64,000 bases of DNA from Gemmatimonadota bacterium (GTDB lineage Bacteria > Gemmatimonadota > Gemmatimonadetes > Longimicrobiales > Gaopeijiaceae). Made by a program: the position numbers and the translations under genes. How positions within the stretch are numbered: position 1 is the first letter of the stretch; every line of letters begins with the position of its first letter. Shown here piece after piece: positions 57,117-64,000 of this stretch. The notes under the pieces are model-generated. The model saw nothing but the letters and a program-made list of their open reading frames with translations. It was not told the origin of the DNA and did not search any database. The stretch spans positions 128,001-192,000 of the forward strand of contig JAXHMG010000002.1 in the NCBI GenBank assembly GCA_034521595.1. Reading direction: 5' to 3'.

Positions 57117-58106
57117 TCACCAGCTGAGCAGGATCTTCCCGAAGTTGCGGTTCTCCTCCATATAGTGATGCGCGGCGGGCGCGTCGCGGGCCTCGAACGC
57201 TCGGTCGACGACGGGGGTCAGGGCACCGTCCGAAAACCCCGGGAGCACGTCTTCCTCGAAAGCCCGAGCCAGCTCGATCTTCTCCGAGAGCGGCCGGGAC
57301 CGGAGCACGGTGCCGCGGAGCGTCGCGCGCCTGCGCATGAGGGTGCCCAGGTTTACGGAAGCCCGGGCGCCACCGGGTATCCCCACCACGATGTGCCGCC
57401 CTCCGTGCCCCAACACGCGCTGATTCCCTTCCAGGTACGCGCCTCCCACGAGGTCGAGCACAACGTCGGCCTGCCGCCCCCCGGTGGCATCGAGCATGGC
57501 GTCCGCCCAGTCATCACCGCCTTCGATCCCGGTCTTCAGGCCGAGCTCGGTTGCGGCCTCGAGCTTCTCGGACGTCCGGGACGTACCCACGACCTCCGCC
57601 CCGAGCCGAAGCCCGAGCTGGAGCGCGGCGGTGCCGACGCCGCTGCCCACGGCGTGCACGAGGAGAAGCTCGTCCCGATTCAATCGGGCCTGCAACAAGA
57701 CTGCGTCGTAGGCGGTCATGAACGCCTCGGGAATCGCCGCGGCGGTCACGAGGTCCATCGACGCGGGGACGAGGAGGAGCTCGTCGGGGAAAGCGATCAC
57801 GTACTCGGCATAGCCGCCGCCCCCCGTGATCCCCATGACGCTCCGGCCGGTCCACGCCTCCGACACTCCGTCCCCCACGCGGTCGACGACGCCGGAGAAC
57901 TCCATGCCGGGAATGTCCTGGGGATAGCCGTCCGGCGCGGGGTACCGGCCGAGCCTCTGAACCAGATCGGCCCGATTCACGCCGGAGGCGGCAACCCGCA
58001 CCCGCACCGTTCCGGACGCCGGCTCGGGTCTGGGGACCGAGGCCGGCTCCAACACGTCCGGGGGGCCGGGCTCGCGAATTCGAATTACCTGCATACGCTC
58101 GCTCAT
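57117..58106 (-). CDS. NAD(P)H-quinone oxidoreductase, PIG3/MDR family
   Basis: GVNRADLVQRLG, PGMEFSG, HAVGSGVGTAA, NFGKILL. Confidence 0.92.
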   Translation of the reverse strand: MSERMQVIRIREPGPPDVLEPASVPRPEPASGTVRVRVAASGVNRADLVQRLGRYPAPDGYPQDIPGMEFSGVVDRVGDGVSEAWTGRSVMGITGGGGYAEYVIAFPDELLLVPASMDLVTAAAIPEAFMTAYDAVLLQARLNRDELLLVHAVGSGVGTAALQLGLRLGAEVVGTSRTSEKLEAATELGLKTGIEGGDDWADAMLDATGGRQADVVLDLVGGAYLEGNQRVLGHGGRHIVVGIPGGARASVNLGTLMRRRATLRGTVLRSRPLSEKIELARAFEEDVLPGFSDGALTPVVDRAFEARDAPAAHHYMEENRNFGKILLSW

Positions 58107-58209
58107 CCTCGGACGCTACCCACCGCCCGGACCGCTGTCCACGCCGTGCTGCATGGCGCTCCGCCCGTCGCTACCTTCTTTTCCCCTTCGAGCCTCCGAC
58201 CCCTACACG

Positions 58210-59115
58210 ATGAACCTACCGTTCCAGCTCGACCGACCGCTCGTCTTCTTCGACCTCGAGACGACAGGCCTCGACGTCAAACGGGATCGGATCGTGGAGA
58301 TGGCGCTCATCAAGATGACGCCCCACGGCGACGTCCTCGAGCGTGTCCGGCGCTTCGACCCCGAGATGTCGATTCCACCGGAGGCCACCGCGGTGCACGG
58401 GATCGCGGACGCGGACGTGGCGGACGAGGAGCCGTTCTGCCGGCGAGCCCGCGGGCTCGCAGAAATCCTGGAAGGATGCGACCTCTGCGGCTTCAATATC
58501 CGCGGTTACGACCTGCCCATGCTCCTCCAGGAGTTCAAGCGCTGCGGCGTTCGGTTCTCCCTCGAAGGCAGGAGGGTGATCGACGTGCAGAACATCTTCC
58601 ACCGTGAAGAGCCGCGCGATCTTTCGGCGGCCGCGCGGTTCTACCTGGAGCGGGAACACGAAGAGGCGCATACCGCCCTCGGCGATATCCGCACGTCGGC
58701 GGCGGTCTTGGGAGCCCAACTCGAACGCTACGAATCGCTACCGCGGGACCTCGACGGCTTGCACGAGTACTGCGAGGAGTACGCTCCCATCCGCACCGAG
58801 CTGAGTCGCTGGTTCTCCGGTCCCGAAGGCGGCCGCGCATTCCGTCGGGGCAAGCACAACGGCCGCCCTCTCGACGAGGTCGCGAGATCGGATCCGGGCT
58901 ACCTGGAGTGGATGCTCGGAGCCGACGACATGGACGACGATGTCCTGGCCGTGGTCCGCGACGCGCTCGAGCGTGCACGTGACGGACGTGATGAAGCCGA
59001 GCCCGGATCGAATTCCGGACCGTCGGGCACATCGAGTCATGGTTCGGGGTTTACACCCCGCGACGGAGATTCGGAGCCCGCGACCCGCTCGACCCAACCG
59101 GACCCACCCACATGA
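58210..59115 (+). CDS. DEDDh 3'-5' exonuclease (DnaQ-like)
   Basis: FFDLETTG, GFNIRGYD, HTALGD, C-terminal GKHNG..DPGYLEW. Confidence 0.9.
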   Translation: MNLPFQLDRPLVFFDLETTGLDVKRDRIVEMALIKMTPHGDVLERVRRFDPEMSIPPEATAVHGIADADVADEEPFCRRARGLAEILEGCDLCGFNIRGYDLPMLLQEFKRCGVRFSLEGRRVIDVQNIFHREEPRDLSAAARFYLEREHEEAHTALGDIRTSAAVLGAQLERYESLPRDLDGLHEYCEEYAPIRTELSRWFSGPEGGRAFRRGKHNGRPLDEVARSDPGYLEWMLGADDMDDDVLAVVRDALERARDGRDEAEPGSNSGPSGTSSHGSGFTPRDGDSEPATRSTQPDPPT

Positions 59116-59498
59116 TCCTGTTCTACGCACACTCCGGCTTCCGCTACCTCGTGCTGCTCGTCGGCCTGCTCGTCATCGCCTACGCGGCATACGGCCTGGC
59201 GACCAAGCGACCGTACGACCGCACGATGCGGATCCTCGCAGTGACCTTCACCGGCTCGGTCGACCTGACCGCGCTACTCGGCGTCTCGTACCTCTTCGTG
59301 GGCACGTTCTACCCGCAGCTCGGCGGCCACATCGTGACCATGATCCTGGCCGTGGTCGTGGCCCACGTCGTCTCCGGCGTCATGAAGCGACGGCCTTGGG
59401 AGGAACGGACTTACGCACCCCACCTCGTCGGCACGGTGATCGTGCTCGCGCTGGTCGCGACGGGCATCCTTGCGATCGGGCGTCCCATCGTAGGCTGA
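59112..59498 (+). CDS. Hypothetical 4-TM membrane protein with conserved-looking His residues
   Basis: HSGFRYLVL, HIVTMILAVVVAH; ATGA overlap. Confidence 0.75.
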   Translation: MILFYAHSGFRYLVLLVGLLVIAYAAYGLATKRPYDRTMRILAVTFTGSVDLTALLGVSYLFVGTFYPQLGGHIVTMILAVVVAHVVSGVMKRRPWEERTYAPHLVGTVIVLALVATGILAIGRPIVG

Positions 59499-59520
59499 CG
59501 AGCCGTACGAGGCCATTTCC

Positions 59521-60742
59521 ATGACGTTCGACCCACCACCGCTTCCACCGCTCGAACCGGTCGTGGAACGCTCTCCCTGTCCCCGACCCGAGGACCTCGG
59601 GATCGTCATGGGTGGGGGCGGAGCGCGGGCCGCGTACCAGGTGGGCGTCCTCCGGTTCATGGCCCGTCGGTTTCCGGAGCTCGGCGTTCCGTACATCACA
59701 GGGAGTATCCGCGGGCGCCATCAACGCGGCTCTGCTCGCTTCTCATCACGGGAGCTTCCTCCAAGCCGTCGACGAGCTCAACCACCTGTGGGGACACCTC
59801 ACCCTGGAGAACGTCTTTCGGGTCGATACACGCACCCTGCTCACGAATGTCTTCCGGTGGCTTCGTCAGCTTGCCTCCGGAGGTTTGGGAACGACCGATC
59901 CCGCGCGGGGCCTCGTGGATACGCAACCGCTCCGTGAGTACCTGACCGAGGTTCTGCACGCGGTCGACGGAGAGCTGACCGGCATCCGCTACAATCTGGA
60001 GCACGGCCGGCTGCAGGCGTTAGCCATCAGCACGTCGAGCTATTCGACCGGGGAGTCGGTCACGTGGGTTCAAGGCGCCGACATCAGGGAGTGGGAGCGC
60101 CCGGGACGGACCGCGCGCAAGACGACCATGGGTGTGGAGCACATCATGGCCTCGGCGGCTCTTCCCCTGTTCTTTCCGGCCGTCCGGGTGGGGAGCGAAT
60201 GGTACGGGGATGGCGGAGTGCGCCTCACGGCACCACTCGCGCCGGCGCTGCATCTCGGAGCGCGCCGGGTCCTGGCGATCTCCACGCGGTACGAGGACCC
60301 GAATCCCGACGGGGCTACTCCGACGGCCCACGGCTACCCACCGCCGGCACAGGTCGTGGGTGTGCTCATGAACTCCATCTTCCTCGATCTGCTCGACCAG
60401 GACGCGGTGCGACTCCAACGCCTCAATCGCCTCCTCGCGCAGCTCCCCGAAGCACATCGTGAAGGCTTGGAGCCGGTGCGGCTCTTGACCCTCCGACCCT
60501 CCCGCGACCTGGGGAAGCTCGCCGGGGACTACGAAGCACGGCTCCCGAGGGCGTTCCGGTTCCTCACGCGGGGCCTCGGAACCAAGCAGACCCGCAGCCC
60601 GGACGCCCTGAGCTTGATCCTGTTCCAGCCCGATTACTTGCGCGCGTTGATGGATATCGGAGAGGAGGACGCCGAGACCCGAGCAGAGGAGATCGAGGAG
60701 TTTCTCTGCGCCGGACCGGCGAGCGCGGCACGGCCGGTATGA
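59521..60742 (+). pseudogene. Patatin-like phospholipase with a +1 frameshift at ~59701
   Basis: GGGGARAAYQ in frame 1; G-V-S-A-G and DGG in the next frame; deleting one G from GGG 59701-59703 restores YITGVSAGAIN. Confidence 0.85.
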
Positions 60743-60838
60743 GCTGGGCGTGCGTAATCCCGCGATCTCCGGTCGACCTGTTAGATTTCGCTGCGGTCCC
60801 TCGGAGACGCGCGACCCCTTCCGACCGAAGGAGAGGCC

Positions 60839-62770
60839 ATGACTGAGACGAACAAGCCGGCGTCGGAGCTCGAATCCCGGGAAGTCGCGGAAGGCGCGCG
60901 CGAGCAGGATTGGGAGAAGAAGAGCTTCGCACGCGCCCTCTTCGAAGGGCGCTTCGATCTCGATCTCGTTCACCCGCACCCCGAGCCCGATCCGGACGAG
61001 CAGGCACGCGCGGCAGAGTTCCTGGAGCGGCTCGAAGCGTTCGCGCGCGATCACATCGACGGGGACACGATCGACCGCGACGGATGGGTTCCGCAGGAGG
61101 TCCTCGACGGCCTCGCGGAGCTCGGGGCGTTCGGCATCAAGATCTCCCGGGAGCACGGCGGACTGGGATTCTCGCAGCTCACGTACAACCGAGCCCTCGA
61201 GATCGTGGCCTCCCGCTGTGGGTCGACGGGGGCGTTCCTCTCGGCCCACCAGAGCATCGGCGTTCCGGGACCCATCCAGAAGTTCGGGACGCCCGAGCAG
61301 AAGGAACGGTACCTCCCTCGGTTGGCGAAAGGAGCGCTCTCGGCGTTCGCCCTCACCGAACCCGACGTGGGCTCGGACCCCGCGAACATGTCGACCACGG
61401 CGGAGCTCTCCGAAGACGGTTCCCACTGGATCTTGAACGGGGAGAAGCTCTGGACGACGAACGGTCCGCGGGCCGAGATCATCATCGTGATGGCCCGCAC
61501 CCCGGCCCCCGATGACTCGAAGGGCAAGCCGATCACGGCTTTCGTGGTGGAGACCGAGTGGGAAGGTGTCGAAACCGTCCAGGAATGCCAGTTCATGGGG
61601 CTCCGAGGGATCTCGAACGGGATCATCCGGTTCACCGACGTCAAGGTCCCGCGCGAGAACGTGGTGTGGGGCGAGGGCAAGGGCCTGAAGCTGGCGCTCA
61701 TCACGTTGAACGTGGGCCGCCTGGCGCTGCCCGCCTTCGCCGCAGCGTGCGGTAAGGGCTCGCTCGAGATGTGCCGCGACTGGGCGTCGTCGCGCGTGCA
61801 ATGGGGTCGTCCCATCGGACACCACGACGCGATCGCGCAGATGCTCGGCAAGATGGCGGCCGACACCTTCGCGCTCGAAGCCGTCGTCGAGCTCACCGCG
61901 TTGATGGCCGACTCCGACCGGTACGACATCCGGCTCGAGGCCGCCATCGCCAAGATGTGGGGCACCGAAACCGGATGGGACATCGTCAACGACGCCCTGC
62001 AGATCCGGGGCGGCCGCGGGTACGAGACGCACGACTCGCTCGCCGCGCGCGGCGAGGTCCCGTACCCCGTCGAGCGCTACCTCCGCGACATGCGGATCAA
62101 CACGATCTTCGAAGGATCCTCGGAGATCATGCGGCTCTTCATCGCGCGGGAGGCGGTGGACACCCACCTGCGTGTCGCCGGCGACCTCGTGGACCCGAAA
62201 GCGTCGACGGGGGCCAAGCTCAAGGCGTTGGTCCGGGCGGGCGCGCACTACGCGTGGTGGTACCCGACGCGCTTCCTGGGATGGAGCCATTGGCCGCGCT
62301 ACAGCGAGTTCGGGCCACTCGCCACGCACCTCCGGTTCGTGGAGCGCACCGCCCGTAAGCTGGCCCGGGCGACCTTCCACGCCATGCTGCGCTTCGGACC
62401 CGCTTTGGAAAAGCGCCAGTCCGTGCTCGGACGGATCGTGGACGTGGGCGCCGAGCTCATGGTGATGACCGCCGTGGTGATCCGCGCGGACATGCTCATG
62501 AAGAAGGGCGACGACGCGCCCGGCGCGAACGCGCTTGCCGATCTCTATTGCCGCCAGGCGAGAGCGCGCATAAAGGATCGCTTCCGCACGCTCTTCAGGA
62601 ACGACGACAAGCGAGGGTATTCGGTCGCGCGACGCTTCCTCGCCGACGAGTTCGATTGGCTCGAAGCGGGCGTCGTCTCCCTGGAAGGGTATCGCCGAAT
62701 GGTCGAGAACGGCCCGGTTGAAGTCCCCGAGCCGGCGGACCGGCGAGGTGATCCCGTGACCGCTGGATGA
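60839..62770 (+). CDS. Acyl-CoA dehydrogenase (long, ACAD9/VLCAD-like)
   Basis: AFALTEPDVGSD, LNGEKLWTTNG, QIRGGRGY, RDMRINTIFEGSSEI. Confidence 0.95.
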   Translation: MTETNKPASELESREVAEGAREQDWEKKSFARALFEGRFDLDLVHPHPEPDPDEQARAAEFLERLEAFARDHIDGDTIDRDGWVPQEVLDGLAELGAFGIKISREHGGLGFSQLTYNRALEIVASRCGSTGAFLSAHQSIGVPGPIQKFGTPEQKERYLPRLAKGALSAFALTEPDVGSDPANMSTTAELSEDGSHWILNGEKLWTTNGPRAEIIIVMARTPAPDDSKGKPITAFVVETEWEGVETVQECQFMGLRGISNGIIRFTDVKVPRENVVWGEGKGLKLALITLNVGRLALPAFAAACGKGSLEMCRDWASSRVQWGRPIGHHDAIAQMLGKMAADTFALEAVVELTALMADSDRYDIRLEAAIAKMWGTETGWDIVNDALQIRGGRGYETHDSLAARGEVPYPVERYLRDMRINTIFEGSSEIMRLFIAREAVDTHLRVAGDLVDPKASTGAKLKALVRAGAHYAWWYPTRFLGWSHWPRYSEFGPLATHLRFVERTARKLARATFHAMLRFGPALEKRQSVLGRIVDVGAELMVMTAVVIRADMLMKKGDDAPGANALADLYCRQARARIKDRFRTLFRNDDKRGYSVARRFLADEFDWLEAGVVSLEGYRRMVENGPVEVPEPADRRGDPVTAG

Positions 62771-62774
62771 AGCG

Positions 62775-63728
62775 ATGAGCCTATCGCTGAATCCAGGGGA
62801 CGGGGAGCGGCCCCTGCACCCGCGAGCATTCGCGGTCACGGTCTTCTGGACCCTCGCGCTGCTCTTCCTCGGCAGCATCGTGCACGCCACCGAATCGAGT
62901 CTCGCGTGCCCGGACTGGCCCACGTGCTTCGGTTCGATGGTGCCGGAGATGACGGGAGGCGTGTTCTGGGAGCACCTCCACCGGTTGGTGGCGGGCGGCC
63001 TGGTGCTGATGTTCGGGCTCGCGACATGGCTCGCTCGACGGGAAGCCACCGACCGCCCCTGGATGTTTCGCACGGGAATGGCCGGCCTCGGCCTTCTCCT
63101 CGTGCAGTCCGTGTTCGGCGGCATCACCGTCATTTATGAGCTTCCGAGCCTGGTGTCGACCACGCATCTCGCACTCGCGTTCGCGTTCGTCGCTTTGGCC
63201 ACGGTCCTGACCTCGTCCACCGCGTGGCGGCCGCGAACCAGAGCCGCCAACCCGGAGGTCGCCCGGCGTCTCCGCAATCTCGCGGGTGCCTCCGCGGGGC
63301 TGGTGTTCGCCCAATCCGTCACCGGAGGCCTCGTGCGGCACCTCGACGCGGGCATGTCGTGCCCGGATGCGCCGCTCTGTCTCGGGCAGGTCGTCCCCCC
63401 CCTCGTGAACCCTCTCATCACGGTGCACTTCGGTCACCGGGTCCTCGGATTTCTGACCGCGGCGGCCGTGGTCGCCCTGGCCGTCTGGGCATCCCGCGTG
63501 GACCTTCCGCCGCGCCTCCGTCGCTGGACGACGTTCGCGGCATGGCTCGTCGTGGCCCAGGTGCTTCTGGGCTTCGCCTCGGTCTTGACCGTCCTCGCCG
63601 TGGTTCCGGTGTCGTTCCACACGCTCGTCGCCGCGACGCTCATCGTCGTGCTCGTGCACGTAGCGACGTCGGGCGCCGCGCTAGCGGCTCGTCTCCCCAC
63701 CGCCATGGCCGGGCATGGATTGGAGTAG
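62775..63728 (+). CDS. ctaA: Heme A synthase (COX15/CtaA)
   Basis: ACPDWPTC, EHLHR, second CPDAPLC and HFGHR, conserved His in TM helices. Confidence 0.9.
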   Translation: MSLSLNPGDGERPLHPRAFAVTVFWTLALLFLGSIVHATESSLACPDWPTCFGSMVPEMTGGVFWEHLHRLVAGGLVLMFGLATWLARREATDRPWMFRTGMAGLGLLLVQSVFGGITVIYELPSLVSTTHLALAFAFVALATVLTSSTAWRPRTRAANPEVARRLRNLAGASAGLVFAQSVTGGLVRHLDAGMSCPDAPLCLGQVVPPLVNPLITVHFGHRVLGFLTAAAVVALAVWASRVDLPPRLRRWTTFAAWLVVAQVLLGFASVLTVLAVVPVSFHTLVAATLIVVLVHVATSGAALAARLPTAMAGHGLE

Positions 63729-64000
63729 CGTCGGGGACACGCTGGCGGCGGTGAACGCGGCGCTCAACGCCACCAGCGCCGTGGCCCTCTTCACGGGCTT
63801 CTACTTCATCCGCAGGAAGGACAGGGTAAGGCACCGTGCCGCCATGCTGACGGCTGTCGGCGCTTCCGCGCTCTTCCTCGTCTTCTACGTGACCCGCGTC
63901 GTGCTGACGGGCACCCACGAGTTCGCGGGAAGCGGTACGGCCAAGGTGGTGTATCTGGCCATCCTCCTCTCCCACATGCTCCTGGCCATCGTCGTCGTCC
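63715..64000 (+). CDS. DUF420 (CtaM-like) membrane protein, truncated by the window end
   Basis: Own translation: MDWSSVGDTLAAVNAALNATS..HRAAML..FLVFY..YLAILLSHMLLAIV. Confidence 0.85.
   Translation, partial: MDWSSVGDTLAAVNAALNATSAVALFTGFYFIRRKDRVRHRAAMLTAVGASALFLVFYVTRVVLTGTHEFAGSGTAKVVYLAILLSHMLLAIVVV

Noticed and set aside
60020-63133. 1037-aa minus-strand ORF
   Set aside because: Antisense shadow of the patatin, acyl-CoA dehydrogenase and ctaA genes.
1-64000. CRISPR arrays, tRNA/rRNA, integrases, prophage genes
   Set aside because: No spaced direct repeats, tRNA arms or relevant protein motifs seen by eye; a tool-based scan was not possible.

Overview
GC-rich bacterial chromosomal segment, densely coding, about 55 genes. 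Gene style (secreted carboxypeptidase-regulatory-domain, choice-of-anchor B and TonB proteins) suggests Gemmatimonadota, by inference only. It is mostly housekeeping: sugar ABC transporter with a GH13 amylosucrase-like enzyme, rof, yajQ, MscS, SlyD, prfC, SufE/rhodanese, speA, a minor-pilin cluster, large NAD-GDH, a YhaO/YhaN-like nuclease-ATPase pair, sucA and ctaA. I saw no rRNA, tRNA, CRISPR array or intact transposase. The most interesting signals lie outside the ORF track. (1) An apparently complete cysteine-sensing transcription attenuator (promoter, leader peptide with C-R-C-C-C, mutually exclusive 1:2/2:3/3:4 pairings, intrinsic terminator) precedes an ATP-grasp + SsuD/SfnG-like operon. 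(2) A His/Cys-rich leader protein ending in the RAPP ribosome-arrest motif precedes a ZnuD-like TonB receptor. (3) An OsmC-family gene has an in-frame UGA at the catalytic Cys position followed by a SECIS-like hairpin (probable selenoprotein). (4) A MITE with perfect 30-bp inverted repeats has end copies that also bracket an orphan gene. Three genes are frameshifted or internally deleted. All family calls are by motif recognition, not database search.
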